A DNA stretch of 64,000 nucleotides from Octopus sinensis (GCF_006345805.1 NC_043018.1:3782001-3846000), one strand, 5' to 3'. Shown: positions 37,555 to 49,297, numbered from the stretch's first letter. A program made the numbers and translations. The notes: generated by a model from the sequence alone, not told the origin.

Positions 37555-37765
37555 TGGTTTCAAATTCTGCCACAAGGCCAATCATTTTGGAGGAGGGGAC
37601 TAGTCAATTACATTGACCCCCATTTTTTTTTCTGGTACATAATTTATTGATCACCTGAAAGGATGAAAAGCAAAGTCGACCTCAGTGAAATTTGAACTCT
37701 GAACGTGAAGACAGACGAAATGCCGCTCTCAGCATTTTTGCCTGGATTGCTAAGAATTCTACAAG
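37555..37765 (-). mobile_element. SINE family A, ~100 nt after the PRDM4 stop
   Basis: Reverse-complement core. Confidence 0.8.
37643..37648 (-). promoter_or_regulatory. Candidate AATAAA polyadenylation signal for PRDM4, inside a SINE
   Basis: First minus-strand AATAAA I found after the stop, ~220 nt downstream. Confidence 0.25.
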
Positions 37766-37870
37766 CTTGTCATCTTTAATAACAATAATGATGATGACGA
37801 TGATGATGATGATGATGATAATGTTAATGATAATAACAATTCCTCTCAATAACATTCAACATGTTTTGCT

Positions 37871-38646
37871 TCAGACCCTAGTTCTTTGTTGTGCTTCGCA
37901 ATCATCACCCTCATCCTCATCATCCTCCTCATCGTCCTCCTCTTCCTCTTCCTCATCATCATCTTCCTCGCCACCATTATCATCATCATCATCATCATCA
38001 TCGTCATCTTCAACATCCTCCTCCTCCTCTACCTCTTCCTCATCATTTCTTTCCATGACATCATCATCATCATCCTCATCGTCCTCATCCTCATTCCCAT
38101 CCTCTTCTTCGTCATCATTACCACCTCGACCGTCATCAATGTTGTTAGACGTGTCTAGGCGGAGGTGGCCACAGTTTGCAGACTGTTGGAGCATTGCTAC
38201 TTTCTCACCTCCAACACCAACACCACTATCATTCGCACCACCATCACCAGCAGCAGCAGCAACAACACCAACAGCAGCAGCATCACCAACAGCAGCAGTA
38301 CTCCGGCTCCCCTTACACGTGCCACTGTGCCGTTTCAAGTGGTACTTTGTATAGAATGACTTGTGGCACTTCCCACAAGTGAAGTTCCGTTCCCCAGAAT
38401 GAATCTTCAGATGCTTCTTGAAGTTCTGCATTTTGTAGAAACTCTTGTCACAATGCGAACAGCTGAAGAGCTTCTCGCGGGTGTGTTGGTATTCATGCTG
38501 TTTGAGGTCTGAAGAACGAGAGAACATCTTCTCACAGAACTGGCATTGCAGCTTCTTCTCACCTGTGTGAGTGAACATGTGGGACGTCAGGTGAGCTTTC
38601 TGACGGAACTGTTTCTTACAGACGCTGCATGGAAATTTTCTCTCAC
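37871..38646 (-). CDS. PRDM4: PRDM4 last coding exon: zinc fingers 4-7 (last is C2HC) and D/E-rich tail, TGA at 37871
   Basis: ccattcag acceptor; QKAHLTSH, DLKQH and TKYHLKRHSGTCKG follow the recalled PRDM4 finger array (QKAHLESH, QDLKQH, TKYHLTRHLKTCKG). Confidence 0.95.
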
Positions 38647-39280
38647 CTGAATGGAGCAAAAGGTAAAACAATATAATTACATCAAATTAAATAATTAAAT
38701 GAAAGTGTTTTGTGAATATATTAAAATATCAACATGGTAAAATATAAACTTATTAAATTCAATATATTACAATGTCAATTTTTTAATTAAAAATCTTAGA
38801 AACATCAAAGAGGGTTGGTATTTTACAGAAAATGAAGACAATTTTGAACACAGGAGAGTTGTGAAAACAGCCTAGAAAATCTAACAGTCTGGAAAAATGA
38901 ACTCTGTACTTCTCTGAGAGAGGTACAGTGTTCAATTTTCTGTAGATGTCTGCTGGTAACTTTTTTCCATCTTCTCAAGGTATTTACCCAATTTTCTAGG
39001 CTGTTTTCGCAGTTATCCCAGATTTGAATTTATTTCATTTTCTATAAGATGCACATGTATTAAAATTGACGTCAACATAGCTCATGTCAAAATCTTAAAT
39101 TGTCAACATATTAGACAGTCAATTTGTTAAAATCTCAACATAGCATAATGTCAATAGAGTAGAATGTCGACATTTTAAAACGTCATCATGTAACAATATT
39201 ATTTTACAATGTCAACATAGTTAAGTGTCACTTTTTTAAAATGTTGACACATCAAACACCACCATATTAAACATTCTTTT

Positions 39281-39468
39281 CTACTCTAGGCACAAGGCCC
39301 AGTTGATTACATTAACCCCAGTACGCAACTGGTACTTAATTTATCTACCCCAAAAGGATGAAAGGTAAAGTCGACCTTGGTGGAATTTGAACTCAGAACG
39401 TAAAGACAAATGAAATACCGCTAAGCATTACGCCCGGCATGCTAAAGATTCTGCCAACTTACCGCCTT
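39281..39468 (-). mobile_element. SINE family A
   Basis: Reverse-complement core. Confidence 0.8.
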
Positions 39469-39664
39469 AACCATGTTCAATATTGATACAGCAAATGTCA
39501 ACTTTTTATTGTTTAATTTCACTGTATAAAATATCAAAGCATCAAAACGCTCATATATTGAAATATCAACAGAAATAATCTCAGCCAATCAGACTGGAAA
39601 CATATTCAGATGCTAACATATTAGAATATCACCATTTTAAAATATGTCAGCATTTTACAACTTC

Positions 39665-39775
39665 AACATGCATAGCTGTGTGGCAAAAAGTTGGCTTCTC
39701 AACTACATGGCTCTGGGTTCAGTCCCACTGCACAGCACCTTTGGCAAGTGTCTTCTAACATAGCCCCAGGCTATT
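39665..39775 (+). mobile_element. SINE family B head
   Basis: gctgtgtgg..gggttcagtcccactgc..ggcaagtgtcttct. Confidence 0.7.
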
Positions 39776-40073
39776 ATATTTATAATTCCAATATATTAAA
39801 TGTCAACAAAATAACTAATGTCAACATATATCAGCCTGTCATTATCAAATAGTCAAAACAGTACATTGTCAATAGAGTAAAATGTCAAAATGGAAAACTG
39901 TCAACATATCAAAATGCTGATATATGTTAAAATATCATTATACCACTTGTTAACATAGTAAAAGGTTGACATTTTAAAATGTCGAATATAACAAATTGTC
40001 AATTTATTAAAGTATCAGTGTATTAGATTTAATGTATTAAGATGTCACTGTATTAAAAGACTCATATATAGGT

Positions 40074-40275
40074 TTCAAATTTTGGTACAGGGCCAGTAAT
40101 TTCAGGGGAAAGGAGAAAGTTGATGTAATCAACCCCAATACTCAACTGGTTCTTATTTTGTTGGTCCCAAAAGGATGAAAGGCAAAGTCAACTTTGGTGG
40201 CATCTGAACTCAGAATGTAAAGAGAAATGAAGTGCTGCTAAGCATTTAGCCCAGCATGCTAACAATTCTGCTACC
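40074..40275 (-). mobile_element. SINE family A
   Basis: Reverse-complement core. Confidence 0.75.
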
Positions 40276-40295
40276 TTACAATAAGCTCATACATT

Positions 40296-40440
40296 AAAAT
40301 GTCAACATAACAAAGTGTCAACATAATAAAATGTCAATATAACAAACTGACAACACAACAAAATTTTGACATAATAAAATGTCAACATAATAAAATTTTG
40401 ACATAATAAAATATCAGCATATTAAAATGTCAACATAATT
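40296..40440. repeat. ~16 bp repeat (tgtcaacataataaaa) with dispersed relics across 38720-40500
   Basis: Recurrent aaaatgtcaacata. Confidence 0.7.
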
Positions 40441-40629
40441 AGAAGGCACTTCTAAAAATGTCCAAAATATTAAAATATTTACAAATGTCAAAATGAGGCA
40501 TCATTGTGAAACATTAGCAAATTGTTATATTTTAGATCATCATCATCATTAACATCATTTAACATCAGTCTTCCATGCTGGTATGGGTTGAATGGGCTGG
40601 TTATGCGAAGAGATAGATATTATACATAT

Positions 40630-40855
40630 ACAAGGGGGAAGCTGAAACATTCCCAGCTTTGGGAAAAAGAAAATACAGGAGGATCAGTTAATTATGATTT
40701 TATTTAATGTATTCCCCTTTCAGATTCACACACTTATTGCAGCGATCCTTCAGTTTTTCTAAGCCCTGTAAAAGAACCGGGAACGTTGGCCCTCCAACCA
40801 GGCCTTTTATGATATACCCTCAATAGATAGGAACTTTGCAGCACCCATCTCATAT
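40630..40855. mobile_element. Same mariner MITE family, diverged
   Basis: gggaagctgaaacattcccagc...ggaactttgcagcaccc. Confidence 0.7.
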
Positions 40856-40859
40856 ATGA

Positions 40860-41012
40860 TGGGCTTCTTTCAGTTCCTGCCTACCAAATCTACTTACAAG
40901 GCTTTGGTCGGCCCATGGCTATATCAGAAAACACTTGCACAAAGTGTCACGTAGTGAGACTGAACCTGGAACCATGTGGTTGGGAAGCAAACTTCTTACC
41001 ACACAGCCATGC
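40860..41012 (-). mobile_element. SINE family B 5' half
   Basis: ggcttctttcagttc..cttaccacacagccat. Confidence 0.75.
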
Positions 41013-41082
41013 CTGGCTGACCAAGTCAATGAAATGAAAATGCAGCAAAGGAATTCATTGAATCATGTCATGTGGTACTTAC

Positions 41083-41358
41083 CTGTGTGAATGGACTGGT
41101 GCGTACGGAGATTGCTTTGGTCTGTGAATCGCTTCCCACACTGGGAACAAGAGTGGGGCTTGGCACCGATGTGGGTCAATAGATGCGTCTTTAACTTGGT
41201 CATTGACGTAAAACCTCTGTTACAAAATTGGCAGTGCCATCGGCGAACACTGACATCGGGATGCATTGACCTGACATGCTGCGCCAGGAGTTTGTGACTG
41301 GCAAATGGTTTTCTGCAAACGCAACAGCTCAAGGTAACGTTGGCCTTCAATGGCACAC
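41083..41358 (-). CDS. PRDM4: PRDM4 exon 7: zinc fingers 1-3
   Basis: cccacag acceptor, GTAAGT donor, 276 nt; three C2H2 fingers incl. FTDQSNLRTHQSIHTG. Confidence 0.95.
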
Positions 41359-41542
41359 CTGTGGGTAACAGCAACAACAACATTATACGTATCAATCAAT
41401 CAATCAATATATATAAAAAGACATTTTAAGATCCACAAAGATCAGAAATTATATGCAGCTCTTGGTGTTCCAAATTGAACTTGCAATCTATGTGGGTGTC
41501 TTTTCACTACATTGTCAAGTTTAAAAAGCCACACCTCTCTCT

Positions 41543-41790
41543 CTAACCGCTCAGTCGAAGTCGACTCTCGGTCACTCGTTGGATCAGTGTCCTCCAGTCA
41601 GTTCTATCCTGGGCCGCTTCTTTCAGATTGGCTATGTCCATTCCGGTATCACTCTTGATGGTGTCAAGCCAGCGGGTTCTTGGTCGGCCTCTTCCTCTCT
41701 TGCCACTGACCATTCCGAGCATGATGTCCTTCTCCAGGGATTTTCTCTGCATAATATGACCGAAATATGCCAATCTATACTCTATGGATC
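41543..41790 (-). mobile_element. RTE/BovB-like LINE 3' end
   Basis: YFGHIMQRKSLEKDIMLGMVSGKRGRGRPRTRWLD..AAQDRTDWR. Confidence 0.85.
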
Positions 41791-41889
41791 AAAAGTGCAA
41801 GAAAAAGCCACACCAGATACCATGATAGTTCTAAGATGTAAGTACAAGAGGTGATCAAATTCTGCATAAGGTGTAGACAACCACTATAT

Positions 41890-42060
41890 ATCATCATCAT
41901 CATCATCATCATCGTTTAACGTCTGCTTTCCATGCTAGCATGGGTTGGACGATTTGACTGAGGGCTGGCGAACCAGATGGCTGCACCAGGCTTCAATTTT
42001 GATGTGGCAGAGTTTCTACAGCTGGATGCCCTTCCTAATGCCAACCACTCCGAGAGTGTA
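41890..42060 (-). mobile_element. RTE-type 3'UTR / SINE-like repeat
   Basis: Near-identical to 35970-36145. Confidence 0.7.
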
Positions 42061-42119
42061 ATATATATATATAGATGTGTGTATTTTTCCCTTATTAACA
42101 ATTAACATGAAAAATAAAT

Positions 42120-42790
42120 AAATAGTTACCAGGGTAGCAAAAAATCACATGAGTAAAAAGGTTGTAACTCCTTGATTTTAAAGGTAGAAAATCCGGGTTT
42201 ATGTGAAATATTTTGTATAATATATATAAATACTTAAATGGAGTTAAACGCAGGTGTTATTCAAATTCTTTTACTTCCGACACATGTTTCGAAGATATCA
42301 CTGGTATTATTCCATAGGTATAAAATGGTGTAAAACAATGTAATCGTCTCTTCAGGGAAATGAAGAAATGAAACTCGTCAATAAGACATTTTAAGAGAAT
42401 ATGATGAATATGTATAGTGATTAACTGAATGCTATTAAGTTTCTTTTAAAAAACACGTTAGAGGATATAACGTCAAAGGTAGCGTATAGAAAGAGGAGGG
42501 ATAAAGGAAAGAAAAACTAAATGAATGAGAAGTATATTACTATATGTATATTGAATAAAACCATATAGATTTGGAAAAAGATATGTCTAGTGAATGTGAA
42601 ATGTAAGAAGAAAATGTTTAAATTATATATAATGATAGATATCACTTATATGAACTAAAGGTGTGTTTCTGCTAATGTTTACATCGGTAGGCACGCTCTA
42701 TATAACCGTATTTACAAGGGGATTTTTAGAAAAAAGAATAACGTTTTTTTGAAACAATCTTAATAGCGTTCAGTTAATCACTATACATAT
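42120..42790 (-). mobile_element. Probable Penelope-like terminal remnant containing the canonical hammerhead and a ~55 bp inverted repeat (42409-42462 / 42739-42790)
   Basis: atatgtatagtgattaactgaa.gctattaag occurs in both orientations; no ORF recognised. Confidence 0.4.
42274..42360 (-). ncRNA. Type I hammerhead ribozyme motif, canonical core, predicted GUC cleavage between 42279 and 42278
   Basis: UUUCC-CUGAAGA-[G-C closed helix II with long loop]-GAA-ACA(UG)UGU-C-GGAAG; helix I UUUCC/GGAAG. Confidence 0.7.
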
Positions 42791-42799
42791 CCATCGTAT

Positions 42800-43710
42800 T
42801 CTGTTAAATTGTCTTATTGCAAAGATAAAGCACTATACAAGAAAGTGAAAACGAGTGATACTGAAAATAGGTGGGTAAAGAAAAGAATGTATGGTCAATT
42901 CCATAGGGATGTTGAAGATAAGTCAGACAGATAAAAAAATGGCTGTGGATGACTAAAAGAGATTTAAAACAGGAAACGGAGGCTCTAATCTGTGCTGCCC
43001 AAGAGCAAGCACTAAGAACCAACTACATAAAATACAAAATAGACAACACAGCAGAAAGGGATAAGCCCAGAATCTGTGGGAAAATGGTGAAACATTATGG
43101 CATATTACCAGTCAATGTATGCCACTAGCCCAGAAGGAATATAAGAGATGCCACAACAATATAGCCAGGCTTGTCCATTGGTCACTTGCAACAAGTATAG
43201 ACCTGACAGAGCAAAAATTTGGTAAAACCACAAACCTGAAAGCATCGTCGAAAATGGAAATGCAAAGATCCTATGGGATATTATTATTCAGTGCGACCGT
43301 GAGATAGAAAATAGGAAGCCGGACATTAATTGAGAAAGAAAAACAACTATGCTGGATCATAGATATAGCATGCCCAGCGGACAAAAAGGTATGCGATAAG
43401 GAAGAAAGAAAAGTCCAGAGATATGACAGGTTAGCTTGGGAAGTTAAGCAGTTGTGATCGATGAAAAAGGTAGCAGTAGTACCAATAACTGTCGGAGCCC
43501 TGGGAACAGTGATCAAAAATCTCGAGAAGTACATGAAATAAATAGGGGCTGCAATAAGGGTGGTGCACTTGCAGAAAACAGCACTGCTTGGAACCACTCG
43601 AATACTCCAGAAGGTGCTCGAAAAATAAGTGAACAGCTGACACCATAGTACATCTCCAGCGTTATAAGCTGTGCAAAGGCAATTATAATACTAATAATAA
43701 TAATAATAAG
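42800..43710 (+). mobile_element. R4/Dong-like 3' end (CCHC knuckle + REL endonuclease), frameshifted
   Basis: LKQETEALICAAQEQALRTNY..ETLWHITSQC..HNNIARLVHW..ILWD..IIDIACPAD..VGALG..KTALLGTTRILQKVL; (TAA)n tail. Confidence 0.85.
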
Positions 43711-43803
43711 GGTTAAGCTTGAATGCATGTGTTTGTAGTGAAAGAAGAAACGAGCATACAAAGGACAAGCTGGAGCAAAACATAATAAGTCCGTCCTTCT
43801 TAC

Positions 43804-44020
43804 CTAACGTACTCGCATAATCGTTGGAGTACCAGACCAAGAGTTCTTGGTGTGGTTGAACATCACAGCATGTCATGAAGTAAATACTATATTGCTGTTG
43901 GTACGCTACCAAGTTCTGCTCCTCTGGTGACCGAGCTGGTTTCACGAACATCATCCAGTTGCACTCATTCTCATCGCTGACATCGAGGGCATCAGCAGTT
44001 TGTCCATCTTTGGAGAAGAT
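43804..44020 (-). CDS. PRDM4: PRDM4 exon 6: PR/SET core (DENECNWMMFVKPARSPEEQNLVAY...ELLVWYSNDYA)
   Basis: ttgcag acceptor, GTAAG donor, 217 nt, phase 0-1; NWMxFV/ARxxEEQNL/ELLVWY PR motifs. Confidence 0.95.
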
Positions 44021-44167
44021 CTGCAATAAAAGAGTGAAAGAGGCTGGAGACATGATTCCATAGACATTAAGGAGACATGATTCCATAGAGACTGATAATT
44101 AAGAACTAATTGGAGTTAGTTTAAAATGATTGACTAAGAACATCTGAGACAGAGAAAGTATAAAATA

Positions 44168-44345
44168 TGGGTTTCATATATTGGCACAAGGCCAGCAATT
44201 TGAGGGGAAGGGATAAGTTGATTACACCCCAGTGTATGACTGGTACTTATTTTATTGATCCCAAAAGGATGAAAGGCGAAGTCAACCTTGGAAGAATTTA
44301 AACTGAGAATGTAAAATCGAATGAAATGTTGCTAAGCATTTTGTT
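44168..44345 (-). mobile_element. SINE family A
   Basis: Reverse-complement core. Confidence 0.75.
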
Positions 44346-44377
44346 GCCTTATGGGATACTGACTAAAGAATGACAAG

Positions 44378-44960
44378 GATTGATGAGAGATAAACGACTG
44401 GCAGAGAACAGCTGAGATTGATGGGAGATAAATGACTGGCAGAGAACAGCTGAGATTGATGAGAGATAAATGACTGGCAGAGAATAGCTGAGATTGATGG
44501 GAGATAAATGACTGGCAGAGAACAGCTGAGATTGATGGGAGATAAATGACTGGCAGAGAATAGCTGAGATTGATGGGAGATAAATGACTGGTAGAGAATA
44601 GCTGAGATTGATGGGAGATAAATGACTGGCAGAGAACAGCTGAGATTGATGGGAAATAAATGACTGGTAGAGAATAGCTGAGATTGATGGGAGATAAATG
44701 ACTGGCAGAGAACAGCTGAGATTGATGGGAGATAAATGACTGGTAGAGAATAGCTGAGATTGATGGGAGATAAATGACTGGTAGAGAATAGCTGAGATTG
44801 ATGGGAGATAAATGACTGGCAGAGAACAGCTGAGATTGATGGGAGATAAATGACTGGTAGAGAATAGCTGAGATTGATGGGAGATAAATGACTGGTAGAG
44901 AATAGCTGAGATTGATGGGAGATAAATGACTGGTAGAGAATAGCTGAGATTGATGGGAGA
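44378..44960. repeat. 38 bp minisatellite, ~15 copies (agctgagattgatgggagataaatgactggtagagaat)
   Basis: Direct tandem repeats; the spurious ORF repeats every 38 aa (3 units). Confidence 0.95.
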
Positions 44961-45541
44961 TAAAAGGTTGGGAGAAATATTGGATATTGACAGAGAGAAA
45001 GATTGACAAAGAATGTTTAATTTTAATGGGGATTAATAGTGATTTATGGAAGATGAAAGATGTCGTGGAGTGAACTGACACCCCCACACGTGACTGCCAG
45101 TGGACTGGATGAGTCTATAAATTGATGAGTCAGCAGAGAGTTGAGGTCGAACTGTGAGTCTCGTTATTGATTTTGCGTTGGAACAATAGTGAATGGTTAT
45201 AAGGGGACGACCAACTCTTGTTACATTGCTTATGGTTACATTTGGTACTCTGATATAGTGTTACACACACACACATACATCTGATATCGTCACTGACGAT
45301 ATAACAAAAGAATAAAGAGAATGTGTGAGATTGATGAAAAATAAGAAGAATGGATGAGATAATCTGAGAGTCAGGGGATATAAAAGTAGAATACTAGAGA
45401 TTTATTGAGATTATCTGCAATTAATGGGAAATAGAATATCTACAGAGAACATCTGAGACTGAGGGGAGATAAAAAGATTAACAGAAATTATCTGAGACTG
45501 ATGGGTGATAAAAGGATTAACATAGAATGAAATGAAATACA

Positions 45542-45625
45542 GGTTTCAAATTGTGGCACAAGGCCAGCAATTTCAGGAAAGGGGATAAGTCGATATCATG
45601 ACCTCCAGAGTGCAACTGGTACTTA
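45542..45625 (-). mobile_element. SINE family A 3' half
   Basis: ggtttcaaattgtggcacaaggccagc..gcaactggtacttaa. Confidence 0.65.
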
Positions 45626-45724
45626 ATCCGCGCAGACAGAGAAAGACAGAGCGAACAGATTAAGGGAGTGAACTCTAGCCAACCACAATAATCCAAGGGA
45701 ATTAACTCATACAGTGTTAAAATA

Positions 45725-46121
45725 TCTTTATATATAAAAGTCAAGTTGTGTGTCTGTCTCCTACGATTTAGATTCCTAACTACTCCCACATTTTGCGGTG
45801 CAGTTTAACCAAAACCGGGTATCTTATAGTTGTGATTCATATCGAGCCCTTCTGGGTATTAGCGCGCGTCTACGATGAGTCTACGATTTTTAAAAAAATT
45901 TACCATCATTTTTTCCATTTTAATGCATTTTTTCGCTATTGTATAAGGGAAGTAACTCTCTAAAAATGTCTACGATGAGTCAACGATTAAAAAAAAAAAT
46001 TACCATCGTTTTTTTTCCATTTTTAATGCATATTTTTGCTATTTTTTGGATATAACTCTCTAAAAATGCTTATATAATTATTTCCTTTACAAACCCGAGC
46101 AAAGCCGGGCGATACTGCTAG
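45725..46121 (+). mobile_element. Non-autonomous Helitron
   Basis: A|TCTTTATATATAAA ... CCCGAGCAAAGCCGGG CGATACTG CTAG|T; internal duplication. Confidence 0.85.
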
Positions 46122-46887
46122 TAGTAAATAATAAAATAATTAAGACGGGAGACCAAAATGACCCGAAATCAAAATTCTTGGCAATAAATAAAATAAAATA
46201 AAATACGATAAAATACTGTAAAACAATATAAGGTTTGTTTGAGAGAGGGAAAACCAGAAAGAGGGTTGTTAAAAACCCCTTGAAAAGAACAGAGACAAAG
46301 GTCTGAATTTGCTGACAATTTGCAAAGCACAGTAAATACCAGGGGTCAGATAATTGCGGTTGTTGTTGTTGCTGCTGTTGTAGTTTATCCCTGAATCATA
46401 TTTGATTGAACAAATTTATGATAAAAGATTTCCCAGTCATGACTAATCCATCTTTGTTATTCTTCTTTTTTTTTTTATAGGGTATTGAATAACAAGAACT
46501 ATAACATTCAATAAATTCTTCTTTTTTTTGAAGATGGCAGGATGTGTAATTTGAGGGAGATTTAACTGCTATTTCCAGCAGGTTAAGCGACCACATAGAA
46601 GCATTCGCATTGGATCATTGTGGGTGTTGTTGTTGTTGTTGTTTATAACTTTAGGTAATTCTGATCAAACCGACCTCTGTTCAAAGATATTCCAAACACC
46701 ATCCTGTCTGAGAACAACATTATCCAATGTGTCCTTCCATTTTTTGAGGCAGTAGGGTGTAATTTGAGGGTGATTTGGCTGCTATTTCTAGATTTAACAA
46801 CCACATACTGGACTTTCCCACAAGTCAGTTGTATATTGTGGGACTCGACATGGAAAATGAGTTGGGGGTGAAGATGTAAAATATTGG

Positions 46888-47098
46888 TCCCAAATTTTGG
46901 CACAAGGCCAGCAGTTTTAGGGGAGAAGTAAGTTGGTTACATTGATCCCCGTATTCAGTAGGTATTTACTCTATCGACCCCGAAAGGATGAAAGGCAAAG
47001 TCAACCTCGGCAGAATTTGAACTCAGAATGTGACGACAGACGAAATGCCACTCAGTATTTCGTCCAGAACTCTGATAATTCTGCCAGTTTGCTGCCTT
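46888..47098 (-). mobile_element. SINE family A
   Basis: Reverse-complement core. Confidence 0.8.
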
Positions 47099-47188
47099 AA
47101 ATGAAGATGCAAAAAAGTACCTCAAAGGGTTGTGGAGTGTTGCAGGATGTGATGGAGAATGCTAGATCCTGAGATACAATATACCTAC

Positions 47189-47304
47189 CATCCAAATGGG
47201 GAAATCTGATGTCTTTTGTGAATCCACTGGACATTTCCCCTTCACTTTGGCAACGAATGGACCAAACCGGCTTCGGCAAGGAACGGTTTCTTTTGCCCAC
47301 ACTC
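47189..47304 (-). CDS. PRDM4: PRDM4 exon 5: PR/SET domain N-part (GVWAKETVPCRSRFGPFV...PIWM)
   Basis: ttttgtag acceptor, GTAGG donor, 116 nt, phase 1-0; GVW...FGP motif of PR domains. Confidence 0.92.
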
Positions 47305-48180
47305 CTACAAAAGAACAGAACAATAATAATGCTGCAAGCAAGTCGTAAATGGCAGTTGTATGACATAATGGTCATGTTGGCCGAATAGGCATGATTATTA
47401 GTTTCCCATTGGTTAAAATTACTGCCCATATTTGAATTCAAAACTTTCGACAAAGAGAAATCTTTCTCAAAATACAGTTCTTAGAATTCAGGTATGAGCA
47501 GTTATAAAAACCCTGATTTTGGGGAGATTAATCAGTGTATGTTGGTTGTCACTCGACTCCACAACACTCACTCTCAGTGATCGTTGGTTGTCACTCATCT
47601 CCACGACGCTCACTCCTTTGAGATATTGGCTATTTTCATGCCAAGTCTATTACTTAACAAGACTTATTTGAAATGTTGTGCAAAATTCAAGTAGTTTAGA
47701 ATGAAAGAATTAGCTGGAATAAATTGCCTGTCATAACTCTCTACGACAAATTGCTTTACTTCTAAATGTACTCATCATCACCATCACCATCATCATCATC
47801 ATACATAAATAAACTAATGCTGTAAATATTTTCTCTTTCTTCACTTTTTTCAACCTGTTAATGAAATTTATTTCTGCAACTCTGAAACTGTTTTTTATAG
47901 CAGTGAAAAAGAACACAAACTTATCTTCAACATACATACACATTCAACATGTCCGTTAAGCATCTTGATATATGTATATATATATATATTTTATTACAGC
48001 GTTTATGTAGCTTGAGTTTAGATTTATGTAGAGTGATAATACTTATAATTAAGTTATAAGTGATGGGTTTATCAATATAGATTCTTACTCAAGAAGCAAA
48101 ATATATTTATTATCTATTCCAAGTCAAAACCATATAAATAAGATAAAACACCTTTATAAAAGTAGTGGTACCCAATTACC

Positions 48181-48212
<32 letters not shown>

Positions 48213-48390
48213 CCTTTCTGCTATAGGCGCAAGATATGAAATCTGGGGAAGGGGGATAGTCGATTACATTAACCCCCAATACTCAGCTGGTACTTATTTT
48301 ATTGGCCCCAAAAGGATGAAAAGCAAAGTCCACCTTCGTGAAATTTGGACTCAGAATATAAGGATGGACAAAATGCCACTAAGCATTTGG
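48213..48390 (-). mobile_element. SINE family A
   Basis: Reverse-complement core after (AAT)n. Confidence 0.75.
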
Positions 48391-48479
48391 TGAATCATAT
48401 AATTGCATGTGTGTGTGTGTGAGTGTTTGTATGTGTGTGTGAGTGTTTGTATGTGTGTGTGTGTGGAGACTAGAGAGAA

Positions 48480-48655
48480 ATGAAGCTAGTGTGCTCTGCT
48501 GGATGTGCAATATCAGTGTACATGTGCAACGAGAGAAGACTCCACTGGTTTGGTCATGTGATGCATATGGATGTAGACAGTTGCATACAGAAGTGCATAT
48601 CATTTCAAGTGGAGGACGGTGACCCAGGAAGACATGGGACAAAGTACTGAAGGAG
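48480..48655 (+). mobile_element. RTE LINE fragment
   Basis: RRLHWFGHVMHMD..PRKTWDKV. Confidence 0.65.
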
Positions 48656-48739
48656 GGGGATAACACACGCTGGGACTCTAACAGGTGGTACTACTCTGGG
48701 TAGATCTGGGAATATATACGCATACATACATACACAACA

Positions 48740-48770
<31 letters not shown>

Positions 48771-49014
48771 ATGAAGACTCATAGTTCAATGGTCAGGTGT
48801 ATTGCACTCAAAATCGTTAGATCGTGGGTTTGATTCCCAGGCCAAGTGGCAGATAGTGTTCTTGAGCCAAACTCTTAATTTCATATTGCTCCAGTCGAGG
48901 AGAACATTGGCCTGCTCACCCAACCAGTGAGCTGACAACATTCAAAAGCTAAAACAATGCAGAGCATGTGTTGTGACCAGCAATGTATAACAACATTCAA
49001 CAGTCTGGTTGAGA

Positions 49015-49076
49015 TATATATATATATATATATATCACCCTCTCACGTACATACATATAAATAATATATATATATG

Positions 49077-49139
<63 letters not shown>

Positions 49140-49146
49140 GTGTGTG

Positions 49147-49183
<37 letters not shown>

Positions 49184-49192
49184 GTGTGTGTG

Positions 49193-49275
<83 letters not shown>

Positions 49276-49297
49276 TATATATATATATATATATGTG

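Noticed and set aside
37692-38354. Plus-strand Ser-rich 220 aa ORF
   Set aside because: Antisense shadow of the PRDM4 acidic tail.
44332-45087. 251 aa repetitive ORF
   Set aside because: Product of the 38-bp minisatellite; unit not divisible by 3; intronic.
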